Part shown: positions 20,633 to 30,710 of the stretch, piece by piece
How positions within the stretch are numbered: position 1 is the first letter of the stretch
Layout of the letters: each line of letters opens with the position of its first letter
Source of the DNA: an uncultured Verrucomicrobiae bacterium
Lineage (GTDB): Bacteria > Verrucomicrobiota > Verrucomicrobiia > Palsa-1439
Assembly (NCBI GenBank): GCA_963812605.1
Contig: CAWEWF010000001.1
Location: 512,001-576,000, forward strand
Direction of reading: 5' to 3'
Length of the DNA: 64,000 bases
Program-made: the position numbers and the translations under genes
The notes under the pieces: model-generated
The model's input: only the letters and a program-made list of their open reading frames with translations
Databases searched by the model: none
Told to the model about the DNA's origin: nothing

Positions 20633-21625
20633 ATGGCAAGCATAGTACCCATTATCGTCCTGGTCGCGGCGGCGATTTTGTTGCTCGGCTACGGCGTCTA
20701 TTTGCAGGTGACCCGGCGGCGGACCATCCTGGCCGAGCGTCTGGAAACGTACGCCAACATCGAAGAAGAAGCCGCGCGAACCACCGACGAGGAATTGCAA
20801 AAACTGGGTCAGTTCCCGCGGTTTTTGCACATGATATTCGGGCCTGGGTACATGGCGCGCGTGGAGGAAAACCTGGCGCGGGCCGATATTCCCATGCGCC
20901 CCACCGAGTATTTGTTGTTGCGGGCAGTGCTGGTCCTGGTCGGATACCTGATCGGCCGCTATGTCCTGGGCTATCTACACAGCGGTCTCATCCTGGCCGT
21001 GGCGGGTTTCATCGCGCCGATCCTGTTCGTACGCGTCCACCAGAATCGGCGACGATCCAAATTCGTCCGGCAACTGGCCGATGCGCTGATGCTGCTGACC
21101 AACTCCTTGCGTTCAGGCTACGGGTTCCTCAAGGGCCTGGAGCTGGTCGCCAAGGAAATGGGCGATCCGATTTCGAAGGAATTGAACCGCATGTTGCGGG
21201 AGGTCAACCTGGGGACAACCGTGGACGACGCGCTGTTAAACCTCGGGCGACGCATGAACAGTCAGGATTTGGACATTGTCATCGGCGCCTACCTCGTGCA
21301 GAAGGATGTTGGCGGCAATCTGACCGAAATCATGGAGAAGGTGGCCGAGACCATCCGTGAGCGGTTACGTATTCAGGGAGATGTGCGCGTGCTGACGACA
21401 CAAGGGAAGCTCTCGGGATTCATCGTGGGCTTCATGCCCTTCGTGGTCTTTTTGGTCCTCATCCTGTCTGCGCCTGATTATTTCAGCGTCATGTTTGGGC
21501 CGCCCATCTGGACGCATTTTCTGGGTTACGACGTGCCGACGGGCGTGGCGCTGATGGCGGGGGCTGTGGCCTGGCAACTGATTGGGGCCTACATGATTTA
21601 TAAGATCGTCTCCGTAAAGGTCTAA
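20633..21625 (+). CDS. tadB: TadB (T2SS F family) platform protein
   Basis: QLADALMLLTNSLRSG, VGGNLTEI, VRVLTTQGKLSG. Confidence 0.9.
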   Translation: MASIVPIIVLVAAAILLLGYGVYLQVTRRRTILAERLETYANIEEEAARTTDEELQKLGQFPRFLHMIFGPGYMARVEENLARADIPMRPTEYLLLRAVLVLVGYLIGRYVLGYLHSGLILAVAGFIAPILFVRVHQNRRRSKFVRQLADALMLLTNSLRSGYGFLKGLELVAKEMGDPISKELNRMLREVNLGTTVDDALLNLGRRMNSQDLDIVIGAYLVQKDVGGNLTEIMEKVAETIRERLRIQGDVRVLTTQGKLSGFIVGFMPFVVFLVLILSAPDYFSVMFGPPIWTHFLGYDVPTGVALMAGAVAWQLIGAYMIYKIVSVKV

Positions 21626-21626
21626 C

Positions 21627-22554
21627 ATGTTTATTTTCACCATTATCACGGCACTTTTGGCGATCATCTTCGCGGCGGTCGGGTTCTACCGCACATCGGA
21701 CCGGTTTACCGTTGGCAAACGCATCGAACAGATCATGATCACCGATGCGCAGACGGCGGACGAGGAACTGGCGAAACCGTTTGTTCAGCGCGTGTTGTTG
21801 CCGCTCGGTGATTACGTCGCGAAATTGTTTCGCGGATATACACCCGCCGAGATGGCCGAGCGCACGCACAAGAAACTCGTGAAAGCGGGACTGTTCCCGC
21901 GCGTGACCGGGGTGCAATTGGTGGGCTTGTGCTGGTTCAGCGCCTCGGCTTGTGTCCTCATCGTGTTCCTGGTGATTATCGCCAGGGGTTCGCCGGGGAG
22001 GGGTCAGTTACACCGATCCGCTCAATTTGTTGCTCTTGGTGCTCGGTGCGCTGGGTGGATACGGCCTGCCGCAGTTCGTGCTCAGCCGGAAGGTGCGGAC
22101 CCGGCAGGATCTGATCCTCACCAACCTGCCTTATTCGATTGATATTCTTTCGATCAGCGTCGAGGCCGGCATGGGTTTTGACGCCGCAGTCGGCTACACG
22201 ATGCGCAAGATCAAGGGGCCGCTGGCCGAGGAATTTTCCAAGACCCTGAATGAGATCCGCCTGGGCAAACCGCGCCTGGAAGCCCTGGAGGATTTGGGCG
22301 ATCGCACGGGCGTGGACGACTTGAAGACATTCATTACGGCCGTGGTGCATGCCAGTCGCCTGGGCGGCAGCATCACCAATACGCTTCGTATTCAGGCGGA
22401 TTCGATCCGTACCCGCCGCCGTCAGCGCGCGCAAGAACAGGCCATGAAGGCCCCAATCAAGATCGTGTTCCCGTTGGTCCTGTTCATTTTTCCCGCGCTC
22501 TTCATCGTCTTGCTCGGTCCGGCGTTCATTAGCATTTTGCGCCAACTCCAGTAA
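21627..22554 (+). CDS. tadC: TadC platform protein (frameshift near 22000)
   Basis: LPYSIDILSISVEAGMGFD, AQEQAMKAPIKIVFPLVLFIFPA; two ORF halves. Confidence 0.88.
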
Positions 22555-22565
22555 ACGGCGCGGGA

Positions 22566-22979
22566 GTGGATTTGATGGTTTTGGTTAACGCCACGAAGAA
22601 AACGGTTGTCTCCGACAATTGCCATTTCGCCAACACCGTCCTGAAACGCATGGTCGGGTTGTTGAATCGTGGACAATTCGACGCGGGTGAAGGCCTGCTG
22701 CTGGACCGTTGCTACGGGATCCATACCTTCGGAATGCGTTTCCCCATCGATGTGCTGTTTCTCGACAAAGACCTCTGCGTCATCCGCGCCGTGAAAGCCC
22801 TGCCGCCGTACCGGACGTGCGTCGTCAAAAAGTCCGTTTACGTCCTGGAAGTTCCCGTTGGGGCGCTCGATGCCTCACGCACGGGCGAAGGCGACCAGAT
22901 TCAAATCCGCACGGCCAACACCGATACCACAAGCAGTGGACGGATGGCCGGGGTGGAAAAGACCCCCACCCAGTCTTAA
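22566..22979 (+). CDS. DUF192 family protein
   Basis: RMVGLL, IHTFGMRFPIDVLFLD, VLEVPVG. Confidence 0.85.
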   Translation: MDLMVLVNATKKTVVSDNCHFANTVLKRMVGLLNRGQFDAGEGLLLDRCYGIHTFGMRFPIDVLFLDKDLCVIRAVKALPPYRTCVVKKSVYVLEVPVGALDASRTGEGDQIQIRTANTDTTSSGRMAGVEKTPTQS

Positions 22980-23505
22980 TCTCCAGGGCTGGCTTTGGCG
23001 ATCAGGTAATCCCCCGCCACGCGGCAATATTTTTCCGCCCAACCCTTGATCTTTGCGCGTTCTGTCGCGCTAAGAGTGCTGACCACCCTGGCCGGCGCTC
23101 CGTAAACCAGCGAACCCGGGGGACCTGCAACCCTTCGGTCAACAGCGCGGCCGCGCCGATGATGCTCTGCTCGCCGACCACCACGCCGTTCATCAGCACC
23201 GCTCCCATGCCAATCAACACCTCGTCATGCACCGTGCATCCGTGCAGGATCGCGCGGTGCCCCACGGTCACGTAATTGCCCGCCACGCAGGCGTGTTCAT
23301 CGGCAACGTGGCACACGCTGTTGTCCTGGATGTTGGTGTGATGGCCGATGACGACCCGGTTGATGTCGCCGCGCAGCACGCTGCCAAACCAGATGCTCGA
23401 CTGTTCCCCAATTTGCGTGTCACCGATCACCCGCGCGCTGTCGGCGACGAATACGCCTGCGCCCAGTTGCGGCTTTTTGCCCAGGTATTCGAGGAGATTG
23501 CCCAT
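22976..23505 (-). CDS. Gamma carbonic anhydrase family hexapeptide protein (frameshift near 23120)
   Basis: VLRGDIN, TNIQDNSVCH, TVGHRAILHGC; the corrected frame continues PGSLVYGAPA. Confidence 0.88.
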
Positions 23506-23568
23506 GCGCGAATTCTGGCGATGCTCGTTGCAAAATGCAAAGCAGATTTGGCAAGATTCGACCGCCGT

Positions 23569-24123
23569 ATGACCAGGGGAAAACCAACGCCGCCAAAATG
23601 GATCATCGTCCGCCTCGGTGGCGACCTGAACTGGTGGCTCGACGAAGCCAGTACGGACGTGTACTGGGGTGAAGGCGCCCGCGGCCTGCTGGACCCGCGC
23701 CAGGTCGTGTACCTGGTGGAAGCGCTGGAGGAATACCAACCGTACGGTTTTCAGCGTCAGTTGCTCGACGCCGCATTCCAGTTGTTCCAACTCGAGTCCG
23801 AGCTGGATGATGACCGCCTTCGCCTGGCGCCCGCCGAGCAAGACGAGTTTGAGGGTGGTGGGGAACTCTTCGCCCTGCCGCTGATTAATGATGAGGAAAC
23901 AGGTGTCTACTACGATTTTCTCGACGCGCTCAGCGCCGCCCGCATCCGCAAGCTCAACGCCACCCACAACTATGTTCGCGACTGCACGGAGTTGGAGATG
24001 CAGGAGGAACTCGCGGCGCTCGATCGCGACCGCTACGTCGCGTCCGAGAATATTCACCCCTTTGAGGCCATCAACGAAATTCTCGAATGGAGCCCTGCCG
24101 AATGGGACGAACCCAGCTCCTAA
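23569..24123 (+). CDS. Acidic hypothetical protein
   Basis: 184-aa ORF divergent from the gamma-CA gene, typical codon usage; no family recognised. Confidence 0.65.
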   Translation: MTRGKPTPPKWIIVRLGGDLNWWLDEASTDVYWGEGARGLLDPRQVVYLVEALEEYQPYGFQRQLLDAAFQLFQLESELDDDRLRLAPAEQDEFEGGGELFALPLINDEETGVYYDFLDALSAARIRKLNATHNYVRDCTELEMQEELAALDRDRYVASENIHPFEAINEILEWSPAEWDEPSS

Positions 24124-25275
24124 TTCTTCTCGTCGCAACCATCTCGGGCACAGTGGCTTTGGCTGACGATTGGTCGGCCTTGGAGCGCTATCAGCAAACA
24201 ATTACTCGCGCCGAGTTTGAAACTCTTCTCGCGAACGTCTACTGCCCATCGGGCGCGCTGACGAATTATCTGACCTATGGCACAAACTCCGTCGCGTGTT
24301 TATACCTCGACAGACAAGACCAATTCGTCGCTTTTCACGTTGGAGTTTGCCTCCAGGACCTCATCCAGCTTACCTCATCATCCATTTTTGAAGCGCATTG
24401 CGCTCGATCCCGGCCATATCGGCGGTGCCTGGGCCCGAATGGAGGAGCGTTTTTTCGAGCGCGGCAAGGACCGCCCGGTGCAGGAAGCCGAACTTAATCT
24501 CATGGTCGCCCGCCTGCTCAAGGCACGGCTTGAAGCGGCGGGAGCACAAGTGTTCCTGACCAAGGACAACTTCGAGCCCGTGACCGACAAACGGCCGGAG
24601 AACTTCCAGGCGCAGGCCGAACAAGAGATCAAGGAGTCCGCACGCTTTGACACCTTCCCGCCCCTGGAACGCGAAGCGGCGTTTGCCGACGCCGTCCGCA
24701 AGCGCGCCGAATTGATCTTTTACCGCAGCTCCGAGATAGCCGCCCGCGCCAGGATGCTCAACGAGAAAATCAAGCCGGACCTGACCGTCTGCCTGCACGT
24801 CAACGCCGTCGAGTGGGATGAATGCCACAGTCTGGTGGATGACAACCGGCTGGCGGTCTTTGTGCATGGCAACTATCTGGCGTCGGAATTGAAGGACGAC
24901 GACCAAAAGCTGCGGTTGTTGGAAAAGCTCCTGGAGCGCTCACATCCCACGGAGTTGGTCGTTGCCGAGGCGCTGGCAGCCGCGCTCGCGAAAGCCACCA
25001 AACTCCCGCCGGTGGACTACGGTCCGAACAGCGGCTCAGTTCATGCGGGCGACAACCCGTACGTCTTCGCCCGCAACCTCGCGGCCAACCGACTCGTTAA
25101 CGGCCCTGTCGTCTTTCTTGAACCGTACTACCAGAACAATCGCGTCACCTACCAGCGCATCCAGATGGGCGACTACGAGGGTCTGCGCAACGTGAACGGC
25201 GAGCCCATGAAAAGCATTTTCCACGAGTACGCCGACGCTGTGGCAGAGGGATTGAGCGGATTAATTGCTCGGTAG
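24102..25275 (+). CDS. N-acetylmuramoyl-L-alanine amidase (Amidase_3-like), exported; frameshift near 24297
   Basis: Signal peptide; IALDPGHIGG, EAELNL, CLHVNA, VFLEP zinc/catalytic motifs. Confidence 0.82.
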
Positions 25276-25491
25276 CTTGTGGCGGAACTGCTCCACCAAT
25301 CGACGGAAGCGGCTCTCATAGAGCATCTCGTAAAAGCGAAACCGCTCGGGAAACAGGCGCGCGGCCTCCGTGCGCAGAAACAACCGCTCGATGCCGATGT
25401 CGCGCTCGGAAATATCGGTCGCCACAATGAGAAAGCTGAGACGATCGACGCGCCGTTGGAACCTGCGATAGGCCTGTTCACTGGGAAACAT
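25261..25491 (-). CDS. Small hypothetical protein (76 aa)
   Basis: MFPSEQAYRRFQRRVD...LFPERFRFYEMLYESRFRRLVEQFR; plausible helical protein. Confidence 0.55.
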   Translation of the reverse strand: MFPSEQAYRRFQRRVDRLSFLIVATDISERDIGIERLFLRTEAARLFPERFRFYEMLYESRFRRLVEQFRHKLPSN

Positions 25492-25603
25492 GCAGGTACG
25501 GTAGCACAGCTTTAAGGAGGACGCGAACGACCCATCTGGAACTGGCTGGCCGGAAGGCACTTTTCGAGTTGATTTTTCCAGATGACGCACCCAGAATGGC
25601 GTC

Positions 25604-26161
25604 GTGATTTTGGCAATCTTGATGGTATTGGGGGCGGGGATTTTCCGGCTGGCGGCCTCCGAGTTCCACTGGTGGAACATCGCGCCGCTGGCCGCCATGG
25701 CTTTGATCGGCGGCATGTATCTCGGACGCCGCTTTGCACTGTGGGTGCCGTTGGCGGTGCTGGTGGTGACCGACGTTATCCTCAATCTGCAAATGCATTA
25801 CCCCGCATTTTACTGGCCGCGTGTGTTTGATTACGGCGCGTTTCTGCTGATTGGGCTGCTTGGCCTATGGACGCGCGAACGAAAGCCAGGCGTCAAGATC
25901 GGCGCGGCGATTGCGACACCATTCCTTTTCTTCCTGATCAGCAATTTCGCCGTCTGGCTGTTCGGGATGAGTTCCGCGAACGCGCCCTACGCCAAGACAT
26001 ATCCTGGTCTGGCGGAATGCTACACCGCTGGCTTGCCGTTCCTGCGCGGCACCGTGAAAGGCGATTGGGCATTTATGGCCGTGTTCGCCCTGACCGCCGT
26101 GCTCGTAAGGTATTTCTCAGCCGAACGCCAGCCCGGCTTGGTGTCGGAAGCCCGCGCCTGA
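25604..26161 (+). CDS. DUF6580-like putative transport membrane protein
   Basis: NIAPLAAMALIGG, FFLISNFAVW, LAECYTAGLPF. Confidence 0.72.
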   Translation: MILAILMVLGAGIFRLAASEFHWWNIAPLAAMALIGGMYLGRRFALWVPLAVLVVTDVILNLQMHYPAFYWPRVFDYGAFLLIGLLGLWTRERKPGVKIGAAIATPFLFFLISNFAVWLFGMSSANAPYAKTYPGLAECYTAGLPFLRGTVKGDWAFMAVFALTAVLVRYFSAERQPGLVSEARA

Positions 26162-26164
26162 GAC

Positions 26165-26377
26165 TCAGGCGTTCTTGGGACCGGCGACAAGCAACACGAG
26201 GCCGCCCGCCAACATCAATGCACCCGCGACCGGGGGGACGAAGTGGCTGTGGGTGGTTTCGATATGCGCTCCGAGGAAATCGATGGGCTTTCCCGGGGTC
26301 TTGTACGTGATGCCCGAGTAGGCGAGTACCACGATGCCGAGGGCAACCAGGACCAGTGCAATCATTTTCATATTCAT
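26165..26377 (-). CDS. Small membrane protein (DUF3185-like)
   Basis: Two TM helices; in a stress-gene cluster. Confidence 0.6.
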   Translation of the reverse strand: MNMKMIALVLVALGIVVLAYSGITYKTPGKPIDFLGAHIETTHSHFVPPVAGALMLAGGLVLLVAGPKNA

Positions 26378-26414
26378 GAAATCTCCATTTTTGTTGTTTC
26401 GATTTCGCTGTGGT

Positions 26415-26564
26415 TTACACGGGCCTTCGCCCCGAGATGACATTGACCAGGATCATGATCACGGCGATTACCAGCAGGACGTGAATAAACCCGCCGATCG
26501 CGTAACCAGTTATCAGCCCCAGCAACCATAGAACAATTAGTACTACTGCGATTGTATATAACAT
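26415..26564 (-). CDS. lmo0937 family small membrane protein
   Basis: MLYTIAVVLIVLWLLGL...GGFIHVLLVIAV. Confidence 0.88.
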   Translation of the reverse strand: MLYTIAVVLIVLWLLGLITGYAIGGFIHVLLVIAVIMILVNVISGRRPV

Positions 26565-26650
26565 TTGGTTCTCCCTTTGGTTTGATTTGGATTCACTACC
26601 GACTGGTGTGGGCATCATGGCCTCTTCACCAGCCGGCAATGAGTTAATGT

Positions 26651-27469
26651 CTACTTGTTACTGGATGCGGCCGCTTCAATGGTCATGTTGTTGATCACGC
26701 TCTTCACGCCGTTAATGTCCGTGACGAGCTTGGTGACCAGGGCCTTCTCGGACTCATTCTTGGCTACGCCACCCACTGTGACCACGCCCTCGGTCGTCGA
26801 GACCTTGGTGTTGAGCACGCTGGTTGAATGGTGCGACAGCAATGATCCTTTCACTTCAGCAGTGATGGAGGCGTCATCGATTTTTTGACCGACTGTTTCA
26901 TTGGGCTTTGCGGGAGCGGTCGCCACCGTCATCTCATTTTTCACGCTCTTGACGCCGTCAACGTCCTTGGCGTATTCGGTGGTGAGTTCCTTTTGGGCTT
27001 CACTGGTAGCTTCGCCTCTCAAAGTGACGTTTCCGTCTTTCAACTCCACTTCCGTCGCGGTGACGCTCACATTACGATGGAATAGCAGGGCGGATTTCAC
27101 TTTCATGCTGAGCCACGTGTCCGAGTTCTCGGCAGGCTGTTCGCCTCGGACCTTGATCTGATTGTCCACGCTCGTAACGCCGGGCAACGCTGCGGCGACG
27201 TCCTGGGCCATCGGTTTGTGGCTTTCGTCGGCCACGGAGCCCGACAAGATGACGGCTCCATCTTTGGAACTGATTTTGATATGTTCGTCCTTCAGATACG
27301 TCTTATACACGTAGGTCTTCTTGAACGATGAATCGATGCGGTCATCCGTCTCGGACGCGCGCACCGGCCCGTTGGTGAACACCAACACGGCGGTGAATGC
27401 CAAAACCCCCGCGGTCATGACCAGCGCCAGCGGATAGTTTGTCTTAATTACTTTCTTCATGCTTAACAT
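26651..27469 (-). CDS. OsmY-like triple BON-domain protein
   Basis: Signal peptide and three BON repeats (PGVTSVDNQI, DGVKSVKNEM, NGVKSVINNM). Confidence 0.9.
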   Translation of the reverse strand: MLSMKKVIKTNYPLALVMTAGVLAFTAVLVFTNGPVRASETDDRIDSSFKKTYVYKTYLKDEHIKISSKDGAVILSGSVADESHKPMAQDVAAALPGVTSVDNQIKVRGEQPAENSDTWLSMKVKSALLFHRNVSVTATEVELKDGNVTLRGEATSEAQKELTTEYAKDVDGVKSVKNEMTVATAPAKPNETVGQKIDDASITAEVKGSLLSHHSTSVLNTKVSTTEGVVTVGGVAKNESEKALVTKLVTDINGVKSVINNMTIEAAASSNK

Positions 27470-27528
27470 CTTTCTGTTGTTACATCCTTTGGTTGGAAGT
27501 ACGTTACGCGACTGTCAAATCGCGTGCT

Positions 27529-27546
27529 ATAAGGCAGAACCCTACC
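27529..27546. promoter_or_regulatory. Imperfect palindromic operator upstream of the BON gene
   Basis: ATAAGGCAGAACCCTACC, near-identical to the sites at 28738 and 28782. Confidence 0.5.
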
Positions 27547-27634
27547 GCGCGTGGTTGGAAGTGGTTGCTGAGAATTGCTTGTGCCATCGGATCAGTGAGA
27601 CGGACAGGCGAGCGAACAAAGGCTTCTATCTTAC

Positions 27635-28699
27635 TTAGCGAAGCGGCTTCTCCTTCAAGTCATCTTGAAAGCAGCGGACCACTTTCTTGACCTCCTGAAG
27701 CAGGATCGCGCCGTAGATGATCCGGTCAATTCCCCTGGCAAAGACCAGCGTTGGCGCGGCAACGAAATCACCCCGCCACACCAGGGCGCTCGATTTCTCA
27801 CCGACGCGCATGGGCCAGATCTCACACAGCGTGGCGGCGGCGTAGTATTTGGCGCTGACGTAATACTGCACGTCCAGGATCTGGTAGTGATCGTCTTGCG
27901 GCAACAGGTAGATGGCTCCCAGGCTCAACGTGGCGTGGTGATTGGCGGTGAACAGGGTCCAGTACAGCGTTGGCGTGAGCAACCCGGATTTTTGGTCGCC
28001 GAGCAAACCGCTCTGCTGCAGCAACGTCTCGAATTGGTGGACCACCGCCGGTTGCTCGCGCATCATCTCACGAAGTTGTTTGGCGGGTGATACCGATGCC
28101 CCGCTGGCTTCGTACGGCAGCAGGCCATCGAACCCCCGGTGTTGGAACGCAGCAACACGTTTCCGCAGCAACTCCACCCAGCACGCGCTGGCACCCTGGG
28201 GATCCGGACTGCCGCTCACGCAGGTCGCGAGCTCTTGCGCCTCGGCATGTGTCAGGTTGAGATCAGATTTGTCGGCAGTGGTGGCGAGGGTCTTGTCCAG
28301 CAGCCAGCGGATGGGCCCCTGACCGGACTTCAGGCTCAGGGTTTGAAAATCTGTGGCAGCGCACGGCGCATGCACCGCTTGATACGCAAACACGCTCAGG
28401 ACTTCGTGCGGCAATGGATCCCAGACCAGCAAGCGCCGGACCGTCTCGGCCGCCGCCGCCGGTGTCACGAAACACGTCTGCGCCGAAAGCCCATTGGGGA
28501 AATTCATCAGCGAACCCCGCGTCCCGAGAATGTCACCATTCAACACACGATGGAGGTCGGCCGCGGGAAAATCGCCAAACCGTTTCACATCGTCCAGGGG
28601 CTCGGAGGCGGTCGCAATCTTTGCCGCAGCCAGGAATCCGACCACCAGACCTGCCTGGATGATCGTGAAGACGCGGTATCGTTTCTTTGGCTTCATCAT
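27635..28699 (-). CDS. Exported hypothetical protein
   Basis: 354-aa ORF with a signal-peptide-like N-terminus; no family recognised. Confidence 0.7.
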   Translation of the reverse strand: MMKPKKRYRVFTIIQAGLVVGFLAAAKIATASEPLDDVKRFGDFPAADLHRVLNGDILGTRGSLMNFPNGLSAQTCFVTPAAAAETVRRLLVWDPLPHEVLSVFAYQAVHAPCAATDFQTLSLKSGQGPIRWLLDKTLATTADKSDLNLTHAEAQELATCVSGSPDPQGASACWVELLRKRVAAFQHRGFDGLLPYEASGASVSPAKQLREMMREQPAVVHQFETLLQQSGLLGDQKSGLLTPTLYWTLFTANHHATLSLGAIYLLPQDDHYQILDVQYYVSAKYYAAATLCEIWPMRVGEKSSALVWRGDFVAAPTLVFARGIDRIIYGAILLQEVKKVVRCFQDDLKEKPLR

Positions 28700-28737
28700 C
28701 GAGTGATACAGCCTCGCCGATAAGCGGACTTTTCGCC

Positions 28738-28798
28738 ATAGGGCAAAACCCTACCAAGGATGCCTGGAGGGTTCTTGATAGGTAGGGTTTTACCTTAT
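28738..28798. promoter_or_regulatory. Inverted pair of palindromic operators in a divergent promoter
   Basis: ATAGGGCAAAACCCTAC (28738) and GTAGGGTTTTACCTTAT (28782). Confidence 0.55.
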
Positions 28799-28862
28799 GG
28801 ACGGCTTGCAGCAATTACCAGATGGTGACACAGGATTATTGTCAACGGATTCGACACAAACT

Positions 28863-29582
28863 ATGGAAACCAAGTTGACCAGGCTGTCGCGACGATACGC
28901 GACGGCTTTGCGTAAACACCTGAAGCAAGGGCGTCGAGCCAGCTTGCAGCCGGCGCAAAGACTGGGACGCGGGGCCATGGCCAGCGGGCTCGAGACGTTG
29001 GATTTGGCAAGAATTCACGAAATCGCCCTCGCGCGGGTGGTGTTGCCAGGTTACTCCTCCGCCATCCGAAAGTCCATGAACGAGCGCGCGGAAATCTTTT
29101 TTGTAGAGGCCATTACCCCGATCGAAACAACTCATCGCGCCGCGCGAGAATCCAAGGTCCAATTAAAACGACTGGCCAGGACCGTGGGTCGGCGCACCGT
29201 GGACCTGGCTGCTTCTGGCCGGCAGTTGAAACAGGGAATCACCCGACGCAAGGCCGCGGAGAAGGCCCTCGAGAAAAGCGGGAAACACCGCGCCGGATTA
29301 TTGGCCGAGTCACATCGCCTGCAGGAGCATTTGCGGCATTTGGCCCGCCAGATTCTTTTGGCGCAGGAGGATAAACGAACGAGAATCAGCCGCGAGTTGC
29401 ATGATGAAGTCGCCCAGACATTGTTGGGGATCAATGTCCGGCTGTTGACGTTGAAACAGGAGGCCACGGTCAATACCAAGGGCCTCAAAAAAGAGATCGC
29501 CAACACGCAACGACTTGTGGAAAAATCGATGAAAACCATGGGCCAGTTTGCTCGTGAATTCGGCATCCATCATGAAACGTGA
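28863..29582 (+). CDS. RsbU_N-like domain plus HisKA_3, no ATPase domain
   Basis: GLETLDLARIHE, ISRELHDEVAQTL; ends just after the dimerisation helices. Confidence 0.75.
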   Translation: METKLTRLSRRYATALRKHLKQGRRASLQPAQRLGRGAMASGLETLDLARIHEIALARVVLPGYSSAIRKSMNERAEIFFVEAITPIETTHRAARESKVQLKRLARTVGRRTVDLAASGRQLKQGITRRKAAEKALEKSGKHRAGLLAESHRLQEHLRHLARQILLAQEDKRTRISRELHDEVAQTLLGINVRLLTLKQEATVNTKGLKKEIANTQRLVEKSMKTMGQFAREFGIHHET

Positions 29583-30705
29583 ATTGACCGGGTTGTCGCG
29601 CCGCTACGTGGCGGCGCTGCGAAAACACTTGCAGCAGGGCCCGCGGGCGAGTTTGCAGCCGGCGCGGGGACTGGGACGGCGCGCCATGGCTTTGCGGCTG
29701 GAGACACTGGACCTGGCCCGTATCCACGAACAAGCCTTGATTACGCTGGTGTTGCCAAGCGACTCCCCGAGCGCCCGGGATGCGATGGTCCGGCGGGCGG
29801 GGATTTTTTTTGCCGAGGCCATTACCCCGATCGAGAAAACTCATCGCACCGCGCGGCAGGCCAGCCTCTACTTTGGCCAACTCAACCAGACGTTGCGCCA
29901 GCGCAGCGCGGACCTGGCTGTTTCGAACCAGCATTTGAGACAGGAAATCGTCCAGCGCAAGCGCGTGGAGAAATCCCTTCGGAAAAGCGAGCGGCACTAT
30001 GGCCTGTTGTTACAGCAGTCGCGGGACATGCAGGAACAATTGCGGCATCTGTCTCGCCAGCTCCTGACCGCGCAGGAGGAGGAACGCAAGAAAATCAGCC
30101 GCGAGCTGCACGATGAAATCGCGCAAACCTTGACGGGAATCAATATCCGGCTGGCGGCCCTGAAGACCGAGGCGGCGCACAACACCAAGGGGCTCCAGGA
30201 CAAAATCTCCCGCACGCAGCGGATGGTCGAGAAGTCGGTGGACATCGTGCATCGGTTCGCCCGCGAATTGCGCCCGACGGTGTTGGACGACCTGGGGCTG
30301 ATTCCCGCCCTGCATTCGTTTGTGAAAGGCTTCTCCGAGCGGACGCGCATACCCATCCGGTTGACGGTCTTTGCCGGGGTTGAAGAACTGGACAATGCCA
30401 AGCGCACGATGCTCTATCGCGTTGCCCAGGAGGCGCTCACCAACGTCGCCCGGCATGCGCAAGCCAGCCGGGTGGACGTAAACATCGAAAAACTTCCGGG
30501 TGGCATTTGCATGAAAATCAGGGACGATGGCAAATCTTTCCAGGTGGATCATATGTTGAATGCCAGGAAAAACAAGCGATTGGGGTTGCTGGGCATGCGC
30601 GAGCGCGTGGAGATGGTCGGGGGCAGCTTTAATGTGGAATCCGCGCCCGGCAAAGGCACCACCATCCAGGCGCGGGTTCCATTCGCGAACGGCAAGGGGA
30701 CCTAG
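29572..30705 (+). CDS. Cytoplasmic NarX/UhpB-type histidine kinase with RsbU_N-like input
   Basis: ISRELHDEIAQ, LRPTVLDDLGL, QEALTNVARHA, GLLGMRER. Confidence 0.9.
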   Translation: MKRELTGLSRRYVAALRKHLQQGPRASLQPARGLGRRAMALRLETLDLARIHEQALITLVLPSDSPSARDAMVRRAGIFFAEAITPIEKTHRTARQASLYFGQLNQTLRQRSADLAVSNQHLRQEIVQRKRVEKSLRKSERHYGLLLQQSRDMQEQLRHLSRQLLTAQEEERKKISRELHDEIAQTLTGINIRLAALKTEAAHNTKGLQDKISRTQRMVEKSVDIVHRFARELRPTVLDDLGLIPALHSFVKGFSERTRIPIRLTVFAGVEELDNAKRTMLYRVAQEALTNVARHAQASRVDVNIEKLPGGICMKIRDDGKSFQVDHMLNARKNKRLGLLGMRERVEMVGGSFNVESAPGKGTTIQARVPFANGKGT

Positions 30706-30710
30706 TATTT

